DNA of 64,000 nt from Psammoneis japonica (lineage: Eukaryota). The stretch is taken from assembly GCA_008632985.1 (NCBI GenBank), contig QPGO01000012.1:372001-436000 (forward strand), written 5' to 3'. Made by a program: the position numbers and the translations under genes. Every line of letters starts with the position of its first letter. Within the stretch, counting starts at the first letter, position 1. Below are positions 24,370 to 36,799 of the stretch, in pieces. The notes under the pieces are model-generated. The model did not search any database. It worked only from the letters and a program-made list of their open reading frames with translations, and was not told where the DNA came from.

Positions 24370-24920
24370 AGAACCACTGGTGTCAGTGCACTGCACTTGG
24401 CACATGGGCTTTCAAGCTCACAAGACTTCCTGACAGCATGCCCATGAAGTGCAAGGGTGATTTGCAGAAACAAGGTGTTGACTTTTTTGAGATCTGCAAA
24501 TTAGCAGCACAATGTTCATCCAAACACCTTCTCCTCACCACATCACTCAAGGACGTTGGACTGCTCATCAAGTGGATTGTGTTGCTGCCTTCTGTCAAGC
24601 TGATGTCAAGGAAAAGAGTGCATGTTTTTGGCAAAGGGTTTTGGGCTAAAACCAGGTGCTGAGATTGTTCAAAAGCCCATGTGCACTCCAACAGTCTCAG
24701 AATCACTTCTGTGAAAAGCTGCATGTTGCACTGCTGGAGCGTGGTTGGATTCAATCCAACGTTGACCCTTGCCTTTATTTTAAGAAGAGCATGCTGTGCA
24801 TGGTGCATGTTGATGATACTGATTTTTGCGAGTCAATCTTCTCAAGAACTGGAGCAACGCCATGTCTTTGACCTGCGTGATGAAGGTTAAGTGGGTGACT
24901 TTCTGGGTGTCATAATCTAG
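24370..24920 (+). mobile_element. Ty1/copia reverse transcriptase fragment, inactivated
   Basis: GTWAFKLTRLPD, KGDLQKQGVDFFEIC (GVDYFETY), LFKSPCALQQS (KSLYGLKQ), GWIQSNVDPCLYFKK, MVHVDD (YVDD), FDLRDEG*VGDFLGV. Confidence 0.9.
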
Positions 24921-25139
24921 AGGAGCTGGAAGACGGCCGATTTCTGCCAACCAGACCGAATTCCAAAGCAACACGCGCCGACTGCATTAACTGCTGTACA
25001 GAAATCCCCTTTTCTCTCTTCACTTCACTGTGGTTACATTCCAACCAACATGAACAAATAACAAACACACAGACACGTGTGCACAACACTTGACGAATGA
25101 CAACATCGCTAAATCATTTCAGAGTCGCTCTACACACTA

Positions 25140-26341
25140 TTCAGCAGGAAGCCCCGCGGCAGCCCAATGCAGTTGACATGGTCGACTCACAGTAGCCATG
25201 GCCTTACAGGCTCCGCATTTACCCTTCTGCTTCAAACTTTGCCGGGCACTCTTCCATGTCGAATGCTGCCTCGGAGTACTCGCCAATAACAACATTGTAG
25301 TCGCCTTTTAATGACATATTGACATGCTTTCCAGCAAAGCTTATAGTGGGATCACATGATGCCAGATGTTCCCCATCAACAATCTTGAAAAAATCATCCT
25401 GGTGAGTGTTTTGAAGCAGAAACCAATAGCGATCATCGGACCTCCGAGCAGGATCATGGAGTGGATATTTGCTTTGCCACCTCTTTTTGAGACAATTTCC
25501 TTGTACCTCTCTTCATCACGGGGCCCTTCAAGGATTGTATTACCAGAAAACTCGCCGCCAACCTTAAAGTAGGAAATGAGGCCGGGTTCGTTCAAATCGA
25601 CACATGCATCGAAAAGTTTTTTGATGTCCATACGATGATATTTCTCCATCCAGGATTTTCTGACTGGCTTAATCTGTAAATACTGGTTATCCTCCGTCCC
25701 AGTAAAGAGTTGAACGAGTTCGAAAGAGTTATATCTGGTGACACCCTCCTCAACGTATCGCTTCTGGATCTGCACTGGTACATCCTTCCGAATAAAAGTT
25801 GAAATGTCGAGCATCTTGTGGTTCTCTTCCTGGGAGCTTCTGCGACAGCTCTCAACATAGTGCTGGAAAAGGACACTAGCGTGGGTGGAACCGATGCCAC
25901 TCAGCTGCTTTCGGATCGCCATGTAGTTTTTCATGGCTGTCTTGTCGAAGAAGACATTATCAAAAGTCGAGAATGCCGTTCGGTGAGGCTTTGAAAGTTC
26001 ACCAATAAATTGCTCCCACTCCGCCTCAAACGTGGTCGTGTAGCGACTGGCTTCCCCAGCGTCGCCTTTAGTTGGGCTCCACGCGAAGTCCGGCGACTGA
26101 ATTTTCTCTGCGCGGCTTCGCTGCAACCAAATTCCTTGGCTTTCTCTTCTCGAACAGCTGGAGTCATGATTGGTTGAGGGACGTCGGTCTCGGATACTGA
26201 CGAGGACGATTGGATGGACAATAATGCGACCGATGGGGGAGATTGCTTGTTCCTACTTAAACATGGAGAAGAAGGTCCGCCGCCGAGAGATTGATGTTTC
26301 TCAGCCTCAACGTGACGGTCGTTCTTATTTTTCGTTGCCAT
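25140..26341 (-). pseudogene. Frameshifted gene with a degenerate C-terminal MYND-type zinc finger, not TpA-depleted
   Basis: An ATG frame (MATKNKND...) shifts into the 261-aa frame, then into HQDDFFKIVDGEHLASCDP..., then KCGACKAMA(YC)SRPCQLHW. Tyr content is normal. Confidence 0.55.
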
Positions 26342-27042
26342 TGCGGAAATGGTGAGACAGGTTAATTCGTGGGAGGAGAACAATGGATCGAGGACAAAAG
26401 CGATCACAGATCCAATCGATGTTGCTCTTCTTTTGGAAAGATAATATAGCTGCTGCTACAGTGTGGCTGTGGATGTCGTGCGTCTCGACAATTTTTCTGT
26501 TACGGTGTTGTTGCTGTTGCGAAAACCTTGTGGGCGGGTTTCGTCGCGTCGACCGTCTGTAACGAGCCGTGATTCAGATTTACCGGTGAAGTCCCGTTGA
26601 AAACTTGCGTCATCTATTCCCCGTTCTCACCCACCTTTGCATCTTGCAGCGCAGCCCTCCAACAATAAGATAATACATAATCAATTCTGCTTGTTCGGCA
26701 GCGTCCATGGTCCATGATATTGTAGCCTAACTGAGTGATGGGTGATGCTTGCTTTCAAATCATGTGATTTTCACCACTTCTTTTTCACTTTTTTCCAAAA
26801 TGCTTGTTATTTTTAAAAATTCGATTTTAAAAATTCGCTGGAACTGGTTTTCAAGGAAATTGGGTTCGTGTGCTGATGGATGGGCGGACGACTCCCGCCA
26901 AAGCGTTCGTCCGTCCTTCTATACTTATTTTAGTCGAGTGGATCATGCACCAGTCGGTCGTCCAAAATAGAATTTCTCCAAATTTCTCACAATTTTTTTT
27001 CTTCAACGTAACGTCACGACGTCCGAAGAAACATCCGGCACG

Positions 27043-27862
27043 ATGAGATTCTCCGCTCTTGCCGTTGTAGTGTCCCTCATTGGAAAGGCGTGCGCCTTTA
27101 CATCATCCCATCGTCAACCGCTCTTTGGAATTCCAACGCTTGCAAAAACAAAGCCGTTGCAAATGACGATTGTCTCGCCGTTTGACAACAACGGTGAAGC
27201 CGACGACACTGCAACAACCGTGACCGCCACAGAACAAATAGACGATGATACTCCACTTGACTTGACGTATGACAATGTCGATTTGGTTTTGGAGGAAATG
27301 CGTCCCTATCTCATTCAAGACGGCGGCAACGTTGCCATTCAAGAGATCGATGGACCCGTCGTGAAGCTGGAACTTCAGGTGCGTCAACGTCATGCTGACG
27401 TGGCACTGCTGAATTCGAAAAAATCACCAAATTTTGCCATGCTGAAAGTTGCCCTCTTCTCATTCATGTCATTTCTTTCTCGTCCACTCTCGCTGTCATC
27501 ATTAGGGAGCTTGCGGAACATGCCCTAGTTCGACACAAACCATGAAGATGGGTTTGGAACGTCGTTTGCGAGAACGAATTCCAGAAATTCAAGAAGTTGT
27601 ACAATCCATGCCGGAAGGTCCGGAGCTGAGCGAGGATCAAGTCAATGTCGTTTTGGACGGGGTTCGTCCATTTTTGCAAGTGGCCGGAGGGACCATTGAC
27701 GTTGAAAGTATTACCGGAGAAGCCAGCGTGCAACCGGCTGTTACTCTTAAAATGCAAGGCAGCAGCGCGTCGTTGGCTTCGGTGAAAATGGAAATTGCAC
27801 AGCGTCTTCAAAGGCATTTCATGATGGCGGGGTTGAGAGTGGAATGGGCAGATGCCATGTAA
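27043..27862 (+). CDS. NFU: Plastid NifU/NFU-type Fe-S cluster scaffold protein (2 exons: 27043-27378, 27506-27862)
   Basis: Signal peptide plus ACA-F cleavage motif. Two NifU-C repeats ([30 protein letters not shown]). Splicing the GT..AG intron restores [11 protein letters not shown] (CxxC). Confidence 0.93.
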
Positions 27863-28221
27863 ACGGAAAGAAGATGGCTGATTTGAGTAGGGAATTACCA
27901 GGTGTTTGATTTTAATTTTTGCGGGGTTTCTGTTCACCTTCACTCCCACTCGAAGCAACACCGGCAGCTGCTTTCTCCTTTCCGACCACATGCCTCAGCA
28001 ATGCGATGAGAATGCAACCCAATTGTATAAAGAGCTCAAGATCAAGACAGAAGCTTTAACAATAGATTTTTTATTATATTCATTGCCCCCGCAAACTGAT
28101 CATTATTAAACTTTAATCGACGCCCAAAACAAATACCAGAAGTAGCCAAATTTCCGGGACTCGGTGCAACTTAAGTACACCCAGGACACGACATGCGAAC
28201 GTTCAAACCCCGTATGAGTAC

Positions 28222-31200
28222 TTAGTAAAACTTGGAACGCTTTGCAGGCGGCTGCAAGTCGCCGTCCACATCTTCCATGTGCATCTCCGCGTCTCCATCA
28301 TTCGTTGCATCCTGACACGTGAGCAACGGCACACTGGCGGGAAGATACGAGAAGTAAATCGCCTGCTTCGAGGTATCGTATTGAATCCGATATTCTGCAT
28401 CCTCCGTTACTTTCAGGCAGAGCGATCGGGTTTTCAACAGATTCTGTTTCGGACAAGAACAGCAGTACATGGGACAAAAGGGCTCCTAAAGGGTAAGCAA
28501 CACGCCACATGGAGAACATACCTGGCCTTTATGCTGGGACCGATCAAATAAAGGCAACAGTAAGTCTTCTTGTGCTACCTCTAAAAGAGCCTCGGCGCAA
28601 GATTTAACAAGCTTGGGTACAGCTGCAAGAAGGTACACCTTTTCCTTTAAAGCTTCACGACAGTAGCTTTCATAAACTTGAAAGTCAATCTCTCCGTCAA
28701 GCAACTTTTTCAAACACATAATAACCCCGGCATAGCTGCGTTTCTTTGATTCGTCAGTCTTCTCCACGTCCATAGCGTCGTCCCCATTCTTTTTGTTAAA
28801 AGCTTTTCGAGCATCAGAGAGAATCGAAACCAGTAAGCTGTACAAGCGCAAAAAGACAAAACCCGACTCGGTAGAGAACACGAGAGACTGGGAATCGGGC
28901 AACTTCTTATCGTCTCCGCTCACGTTTCCACCAACATCGACACGCTTCATGATTCCGTTAGTCCTCGCAAAAAGCGTTCCGTCCGATGAAGGCAACGCAT
29001 GCACAATGGCACTAGACCGGACAAAGCCACTTCCGTAAGGATAAAGAACTTTGTATGTGACGCCACCACTGCTGCGAGAATCTCCGGATGTAGAGACGAT
29101 TTTTGCATCGCCGTAAGCAGTCTTGACTAGCTGGCCAGAAGAATCTGCAGAAAGAGAAAGACAATCGCATAAAGTATGAGAAACGGACACGAAAAATACG
29201 AGACTAGTCAAAAAGAAAAAGTCAACTTACATTTCACCACTGAAGACTGCGTGTGAAGACTTTCCCTCATCTCACCGAGGAACCAATTGACAGGATAGTT
29301 GAAGAAAGGAACCATGAACTCCGACCAAATTCGTGAAATCTGCTCGTGGTCTTCGCTTGAAGCGGTGTGGCACTGCAAAGCTATGCATTGAAACGCATCC
29401 TTGTGGGCGATGGTGCCTCTAACTCTCATTTTAAGGTGCGGCTGAAAAAGAAGCAAAGCAACGTCTGGATTGCTCAAGGAGTATTGCGGTTGGACTGATT
29501 TTGTGGCTGGATGATAGGATTCTGATCCGTCCGTGAAATGCTCTGCATCTTTGCATTCTTCCACTAACTGTTCCGGAAGAAAACTTTTTTCAATCTCCTT
29601 CTTATAAAAGAAGCAGATCGCGTCGAGACTTCCAAGATAATTCTCTTCCAGAGTACTTTTCCATCGTTTGCTCATGTCTGCTTTCGCCTTTCGCCACTCA
29701 ACCTCTTTTTCCCGAAGACGTTGGTACACTATAGGGAGGACGGCCATAGGGTTCCTTACGAGGCGCTGGATGACTTCGTCGCCCTTTTCGCCGTAGAGGC
29801 GAGCAATGGCATTCACTTGAGTGCCGTTCAAAGTACGACTCCGCAAAGTGTACGTCGCACGACCGATCGGCTGCCCGTCCTTTTCTTCGTTTTCTCGTAG
29901 CTGTGTCACTTCCTCGGCGATGCCTTCTACCTGACGCATAGCCATAACATTTCTTTCAATCGCCATATCGACTTCAAACTTCTCATCCTCGACTCTAAAC
30001 ATAGCTTCTTCATAAGAATTGTGTCTCATTCTGACTGCGTCGTAGTCCTCGGGAGAACTAATAATCTGCTTCTTGTTACTCGGATCCTGGGCGCAAATAA
30101 GGGTGCTGTTAAGTACCGATGCATCCGCCTCCGTTTGTCCGGAATGTGCAAAGAAAAGGCTGTGGGGATAGTCCGCCGGATAGGTCCGGTAGGATGGCGT
30201 AGGTCTTTCACTATGAGAGGCGTCAAAGTCTCTGCTGGACATGGCACCATACTTGGATTTATCTTTTAACAGGTTTTCTTGATCGGCGTATGGGCCCCGG
30301 CCGACCATAATCTAAAATAAGTTGAAGCACAGAAGCAATAATTGAGAGCAAACCAATAAAACGTGTCCCGTGTAGGCTAATTCTACTCACCTCCTCAAAC
30401 TCCCGAAGCAGCTCCTGTGCATCGCTAGCAACGGTTGGGTTGCTGGCGCCGCCTCCGGCGTTCGCGCCACTCTTTGGGGCGTGCCCTTGCATAAAGAGCC
30501 CTCTAAGCAGAAGGAACAGCTCTTCCTTGTTCAGAATCCCGGCGCCGTACAGATGCAGACATTTGAGAAACTCTGTGTACGGTGTGTGTCGTCGCGAGCC
30601 AGGAGGCTTATCAGGTGCAAGTTCCTTCCGACCGAGATGAAGCTTGGCTCTCTCAAAAAAGGCAGACTCCGCGGTTGAGGGTTGAATAGGCGGCACAGGA
30701 ATCAATTTCGGTCTGCCGTTTTTGACGGCTGCCTGTGCGGCGGTCAACTCCCCCCGCCTCGGAGGGCGCTCAGGACTAAACGAGACGATTCCATGAGCAG
30801 CAGCACGGCAGATTTCTCTCTCACGCTCTTCGCTGCGTCCCTGAGTCGCGCCAAAAGGGACAGGAGCTGTTGTCTGAGTGAAACCACCTGATGAAGTGGT
30901 GGAGGCAGCATTTCCCGCCATCGAGGACTGTCCGCGAACAGAAGCTGGCATCCCATGTGCGTGCCTCTGCATGCCTCGAGCGGTTTGCATTATCGCCTGT
31001 TTCGAAGAAGCTGCCCTTTTTCTCATCTCTGATTCCTTCGCCACTTGATCTAGCTGCGCCTTAGCCTGTGCCTGGACTGCGTCGGGGAGAAAATACGTAA
31101 ACTCCGTCAGCAAATCTGGGTGTTCGGAGAAGAGTAAAGATACCTCATCAAGGACCTCTTTGATTCCACGCTGCTCCTTCTGGTAGGTATGGAGGATTTC

Positions 31201-32196
31201 AAGGAATTTCTTGTAAATCTCTGGCTCCGAGGCGAATCTTTTCTTGATTGTTGTAACGTAATTAATTGCGTGGTCGAACTCGACCGGTGGGCCGCCACCT
31301 GGCTGCTGCTGCTGAGCTTGCGCCTGAGCCTGCGCATGATGTGGGTGTTGCACAGCCGCCGCGTGCGACGGAGGTGCCGGCGGACCACCAGGAGCCATCA
31401 TACGATGAGTGCCCGAACCGTCAACCGCAACAGGAGGCCCACCACCGGGTTGTTGGTGATGCTGCGATGGCCTGCCTGGTTGTTGCTCCTGGCTGCTCCC
31501 ACGACTGTGTTGGTCAGCTCCCATTTGCTGAGGTGGATGCTGACCACGTTGTTGGGCCTGGTGCATCTGCTGCACGGCATGCTGCTGCGAGTGAGCATGA
31601 ATATGCTGCTGGAACTGGCCACCACCAGCCGGACCGCCCATAGACTGGTCGACGACCATGCCACCAGATCCAGGTTGAGAGGGGGCATTCATAGCGGCGG
31701 AAGGTACGGCAGGTGGCTTCTGCGGTGGGGCTTTAAACTGTTGTTGAGCCTGTGGCTGGTGTTGAGGCTGCCCAAGTTGGGCATGCTGAGTCGGTCCAGG
31801 CGCCCTTGCCACACCTTCGGGCCGCGCTTGAGCACCAGACGCCACCGCAGGTCCTGGACCACTCGGTGCGGCCGCCGCCTCGGCAGCTGGTCCAAGGATA
31901 TGCGTGACGCCGGGTTGTCCAGGGGCACGATAGACGGCAACAGGTGGGCCGTCGCCGTCTGCTGGGATTTCGATTTTGTAGCCCTCCGGAAGAAACGTGT
32001 TGAACCCCAGCACTAGCTTTTTGTTTCCTTTGAACAGCGTTGAAACACGACGGATAACACCAGGGGTGTCAATTTGCTGAGTCTTGAACGTTTTCATAAT
32101 GTCCAAAAACTCATTGTAAATTTGCGGCCGGTCTCCAAACTCCATCTTGACCTGGTCTAAGTAGAGAAGAGCATCTTCCACCCTGAGCTCCCTCAT
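28222..32196 (-). CDS. SIN3: Paired amphipathic helix co-repressor SIN3 (exons 32196-30391, 30311-29231, 29144-28522, 28443-28222)
   Basis: PAH1 [35 protein letters not shown]2 [20 protein letters not shown] region [12 protein letters not shown]...[22 protein letters not shown]. Three in-frame GT-AG introns. Confidence 0.95.
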
Positions 32197-33245
32197 GATA
32201 AATACTGGCGTTCACGGTGCTCGAACGAGATTTCCTGCATTATCGAAAAGCGGAAATGCGGCGTGAGAGGACATCATCGTCTTCGCTTACTACTTACTTC
32301 CAAGTGAGAAGAGCAACAGCACAGAAACAAAAAACAGATCGGCAATCGAATGACACGACTAAAGTACGCAGCAACGTGCGCGAGGTGGATGCGCGCCAGT
32401 CGCCAGTCAAGTGAAAAAAGGGAACATGTCGATCGATGCGAAACGCCGACGATGCGTTGACAACACTTTCGCAATGAAGCAGCTCCTTACGGGACATTGA
32501 GCGCCTATCATCATGTCTTCAAGAGCGTGTACGACACATAAGCGGCAAGGCGGTTCGAGGAGAACTCCTCTATCAAAAGTTGTACAATGGCAAATGCAAC
32601 ATGTCGAGGCGGTGGCAGATGATTTGATATCCTGTAGAAATCTACGTAGAGACATACTAATTCCGAAGTGGGACAGGCAAGTCACGAGAGCACGAAAAAA
32701 GCGTGTCTCGACGAAATGAATGACACGGCCGAAAGCGAAAGAGTTGCAAAGCCGCTTCAACAACACAAATCAAAGAGGCAGTGAACGAGTCACTGGCCAT
32801 ACGAAGCAAACTGAACAAGCTCATTGTTGTTGTCGATTCTCACCTTGTCTGACGGCGTCACTGCACTCTTGGCGAACAACCTCGTTGTGGTGTGTTGAGT
32901 TGAAAAAAAGGGTGGCGGCTGTTGTCTATCATACGGTGACGAAGTACTAAAATATGATACGGTTCTCCGTACGTACAAACATACCAGAGGTTCGTAGCGG
33001 CATCATTTGTTTCGCGCGAAAAAGTGCGCGTATCAAAATTATATCCAGGATGAAGTATGATGAATGAACGAAATATATCTATAATATCACGAATACTCTA
33101 TTTAATGTTGAATTATATCCAATGCTATAGATATTAGAATTTATGACCGTTGTCGTGGCTGACCCTCACGTTTTGACGGACTTTCTCGTGTTTTCTCACT
33201 TCTTCATGCGAGAGAAGAAACGAACAAAAAATACACCTGATAACC

Positions 33246-33732
33246 ATGTCGTACAGCTGCAACGACAACCAAAACTACTTTGTAAAGGAGGGGAAAACTA
33301 CATCCCGGGTTCTAGCCCCTCCAGGAGGAAAGACCTCTATCTGTTTGGGGTGGGAGGAGCCCGAACCACCAGTTCGACGCACAAAAACTGTTGCAAAGCG
33401 TAAGTCATTTCATATCTTGTTGAAGATTTTGTTTCTCTTTTTGTGTGGTGTCTCTCATTGTCAATGTCTGCTGCATATTCACAGAGCCGGATGCAACTGA
33501 AAAGGAAGAATTGGTGGCGGAAAAGAAAGAAGTTCTGGCGGTAGAGGCCACCAAGGTTTCAACGGAAAAGCCCGCCACCATAGACAAGACAGAACCGTCT
33601 ACGAAAAGCTCAGAGGAGCCGGTCTCCAATAATGTGTTTGCGGCTAGTGGAGGTGGCAATGTGATTACTGGCCGTCCTTCTTCCCGTGTGCTTGCGCCTC
33701 CTGGAGGCAAGTCATCCATTGTTTTGGGATAG
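33246..33732 (+). CDS. Small Jupiter/HN1/SPIRAL1-like microtubule-associated protein (exons 33246-33399, 33485-33732)
   Basis: Two copies of SRVLAPPGGK(T/S)SI. The GTAAGT...CAG intron keeps the frame. Confidence 0.8.
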
Positions 33733-34601
33733 ATTCATCATGAATCCGGCAAGCTGCGTTGTTTGGGAGAACTGAATACACGGAATATTCCTCTTGTGGA
33801 TAGTGATTCAGTATTGCGTGCATGATTAGATGGCTGGCGGTTTTTCCTAGACAGTTTTGTAATGCGAATTAGAAACAATATAGTTGAACACGACCTACTC
33901 TCCCGAGTCTACCCTAATTCGGCTTCGTTCTGCATGCATGTGTAAGGCGTCGTTTGTGTCTTGTAACGACCCAAGCTAGAAGTATGGAGTAGAATAGTGA
34001 ACCAATTGGATCCTAATTTTACAAACAACAAGTACACATCCCACGGCGTAGCGAAGTCCTACTTTGACCAATACTCTTGGATAAACGAATCTTCCAGGCC
34101 AATCACGGAAGGAAATTCCGAGTTCTGCAACGTGGACGTCTCGAAACGAGCCTCTAGCGTGGTAGATGCTGCTTCGACGACATGGTTGGGCTCGGCACTC
34201 GGCTCGTGTTTTGGTAAAAGACACATCTTGCCGACGAACGGCTCCTTTTGCTCCTGCGGCTACTCTTGCTTTGAACCCAATCATGATTCAACTGCGAGCA
34301 CGGAGACAATTGCTGCTGCTGCTCTAGAGACGGTGTCGCAGTTTCATATGCCAAAATGACTTGGGCCGTAACGGGTGATTCGATTGTAGCCGCGGTCGTC
34401 TCGTGGTGGCCTTGAGCTGCACTGTCGGCAGACAAACTGGAAGGTTCCGACATTTGAGAGCTGGAACTCGTAAATTCTCGGCTTGGCGGTGTCGTCGTAG
34501 AGCGAGGTGCTCCACGACGGTAGGGAGTAAAGGTCTTCCAAGACACGAGTGCGACGGGTGGATGATTTCCATGGGCGCCCTTCTTTTCAAGAGTGAACTT
34601 C

Positions 34602-35666
34602 TCAAATTTGCAAAAGGCGAACCGCATTGGCGTCAAACTCACAAAGCGCACGTTTCGCTTGACTCCAAACGGACTTCACGGAACATAGCAACGTCCTTTT
34701 CTTTTCGCAAGTTGCATCGCCAGTCTTGTGAGTGTTGTAATCCCGAAATAGCTGAACCGCAGTTGCGCCAATGGCAACCAAAAGTAGGACAATGGCAATA
34801 CCAAAACAAAAGAGAACCCCGTCAAGTAGCTTGGCTTCCTTTTCGAGTCGCTCGTAAAGAAGGGTGCGATTGTAGTGCATCGAGTAAGGATCGTGTGTAA
34901 CTTGCTCCATGCCGCAAACATCGAGATGCTTTGCTTCTATTTCAAGTGCTATGCCAAAGCTGTGCTCGGGCGCTGCGTCGTGATCAATATCCAAGTCGTC
35001 CTTGTCTTGAACAATCTCGAAAGAAAACACTGCATTCGTGGGTCCGCCTTGTAGTACAACCAATTCCGTAATTGCAGCTTCTTGCTCCGCCTCGTCGTGG
35101 AATTGACGCGCGGCTACAGTGGGTGCATCCTTGCATTCGGTAGTAGTAGGAGGCGCTTTTTCCGTCTCATCGAATTGACTCGTCGTGGCTACATGATAAT
35201 CAAACTCGACATCGAGCTCCACGGACGTTGCCAACACGACACCGTTGGTTGCTTCGTCGTCGTCTTCAAGGTGAAAGATGTGGGTTGACGGAAAAGCCTG
35301 TACGGGCACCAACAAGTCGTCGGTAGAATCATCATGATGTTCGACAACAAGATTGCACGATGACAGACGCAACGCAAAGCTGCTGCTGCTGCTGCCATTG
35401 GACGACGACGGTAAATCCGGAAGCACTACGACACTCTCCTCACCACAGGGGTTGATAGGAACATGCTCTGACGTTTGCACGTAGTACTCGGGTAGCGCGG
35501 CCGGAATGTTTTCAGAGCGAATCGAAATGTCACACACGAGCGGATGATGTAACCAGCGCGCTTTTTCGTCAACGCTTGTCATCAACGGTACTTCACTGCG
35601 AGGCGGCGTACACGACGAACGCAAGAGCAAGACGGAAACGAGACTGGTAGCGGCGGTTCTCATCAT
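34602..35666 (-). CDS. Hypothetical protein with an N-terminal hydrophobic segment and one transmembrane helix; 3' end uncertain
   Basis: ORF MMRTAATSLVSVLLLR..., acidic body, TM GVLFCFGIAIVLLLVAIGATAVQLF. May continue into the Ser-rich frame 34154-34600. Confidence 0.6.
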   Translation of the reverse strand: MMRTAATSLVSVLLLRSSCTPPRSEVPLMTSVDEKARWLHHPLVCDISIRSENIPAALPEYYVQTSEHVPINPCGEESVVVLPDLPSSSNGSSSSSFALRLSSCNLVVEHHDDSTDDLLVPVQAFPSTHIFHLEDDDEATNGVVLATSVELDVEFDYHVATTSQFDETEKAPPTTTECKDAPTVAARQFHDEAEQEAAITELVVLQGGPTNAVFSFEIVQDKDDLDIDHDAAPEHSFGIALEIEAKHLDVCGMEQVTHDPYSMHYNRTLLYERLEKEAKLLDGVLFCFGIAIVLLLVAIGATAVQLFRDYNTHKTGDATCEKKRTLLCSVKSVWSQAKRALCEFDANAVRLLQI

Positions 35667-35932
35667 GGTTGTTATTGTTGTTTGGGAAGTGATAATGTTG
35701 GGAATGTGCGTCGCCGTCACCGCGCGGCTGCAGTACTGGAAAGTCACGTAGAAAATCGCCGTAGAGATTTTTTGCGCGCCAAACCAATTTTGAGGCACGC
35801 ATTCGAGCAAAACAACTGCCTCTGAGCTTGTTTCTCAATACAAATCTACCTCAAAGGACTTGAGAAACAACCTCGTGACGACATGTCGTTGTTTGGCTCG
35901 TCCCGAACCTCTCACGTTGCCTCGAATCCTGA

Positions 35933-36799
35933 TTATGGCCAAAAGGTCGTCCACGGAAAGCTGCTCGATTTGCGATGAGGATGGAGCTTTGTTGGCAAGC
36001 ACCATCTCCACAAAGTCTTGTCGTCGCTGTTTTTCTCCGAGCGTATTTGAAGAATTTCAGAGACAACATCCTTGTCGTTGCTGCTCTCTCGATCGTTGTT
36101 GCTGTTGTTGATACTGGATTGTTGTTGCTCTTGACGCTCCCAAAGCCACTCCTTGGCCCGTTTGGATGCTTCCTTTTCCATATACGCCAACGTCTCATAT
36201 AGACGCGTATATACACCCAAGGCGGTCTTGTAGTCTGCGTCAACCGGTAGCACTTGATTCTTGATTGCCTCTTGTGCCAGTCGCCGAGCTCGCTTGTTTG
36301 CTCGAACTGCTTTTCGTTTCTTTATGCCCTCTTGTTTTAGTTTTTCCAACTCGGCATTCCACTCTCGCAGCTCTTGTCGACGTTTATAATATCCAGAAAA
36401 TGTTTCTTCTCTCTTTAATCTGGCTTCCTCGAGAGTCTTTTCTTTTGACAATCGCTTTTGCTCTTCCAACACATCTTGCTGATACAACTTTAGATAGTAT
36501 TCCTCGTCCGTGTCCTTGGCAAAGAGACGAGTTGTAGAGGAACATAAAGCTTCACGAGAATAGTGAGGCTTTCTCCTTTCTCCAAAAACAACGAGTGCAT
36601 GACTGCCTGACGACGACGACGAGAGGAAAAGAATGAAAACGACAAGCAGCACGAGCCGCCGAGTCGCAACATTTATATTTTTGTTTTGAGTGTGGTTGCC
36701 TTTCGTTTGGAAAATCCTCTTGAACATGGATTCATTCAGGGACTGAGCAGCTTTGCAGATCTTGTATATATGGTTGGCATTTCGGTGTAAGGCTTTCAT
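35933..36799 (-). CDS. Hypothetical coiled-coil protein, possibly organelle-targeted; start uncertain
   Basis: Long ORF with hydrophobic LVLLVVFILFL, a transit-like STTRLFA segment and an E/K/R-rich coiled coil. Normal codon usage. Confidence 0.6.
   Translation of the reverse strand: MKALHRNANHIYKICKAAQSLNESMFKRIFQTKGNHTQNKNINVATRRLVLLVVFILFLSSSSSGSHALVVFGERRKPHYSREALCSSTTRLFAKDTDEEYYLKLYQQDVLEEQKRLSKEKTLEEARLKREETFSGYYKRRQELREWNAELEKLKQEGIKKRKAVRANKRARRLAQEAIKNQVLPVDADYKTALGVYTRLYETLAYMEKEASKRAKEWLWERQEQQQSSINNSNNDRESSNDKDVVSEILQIRSEKNSDDKTLWRWCLPTKLHPHRKSSSFPWTTFWP

Larger units (their letters stand above)
1..24770. other. TpA-depleted (TG/CA-rich) hypermutated transposon domain 1
   Basis: Hand count: 2 TA dinucleotides in 1-1020 (both TTTAAA) versus 17 in 300 bp of SIN3 (28501-28800). 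ORFs nearly lack Tyr and are rich in Cys/His. TA starts to reappear at about 24777-24920. Confidence 0.95.

Noticed and set aside
1..24770. Classical fungal RIP or CpG methylation decay as the sole explanation
   Set aside because: Both are C->T processes. RIP increases TA, and neither can turn Tyr codons into Cys/His. CpG decay is present as a second layer only.
24370..24920. ADAR-type RNA editing or DGR-type mutagenic reverse transcription as the cause of A->G
   Set aside because: Changes occur on both strands (Y->C and Y->H in the same ORF) and in DNA transposons with no RNA intermediate. No template/variable repeat pair is present.
27043..36799. Alternative genetic code (Tyr reassigned)
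   Set aside because: Host genes use TAT/TAC for conserved Tyr and TAA/TAG as stops normally.
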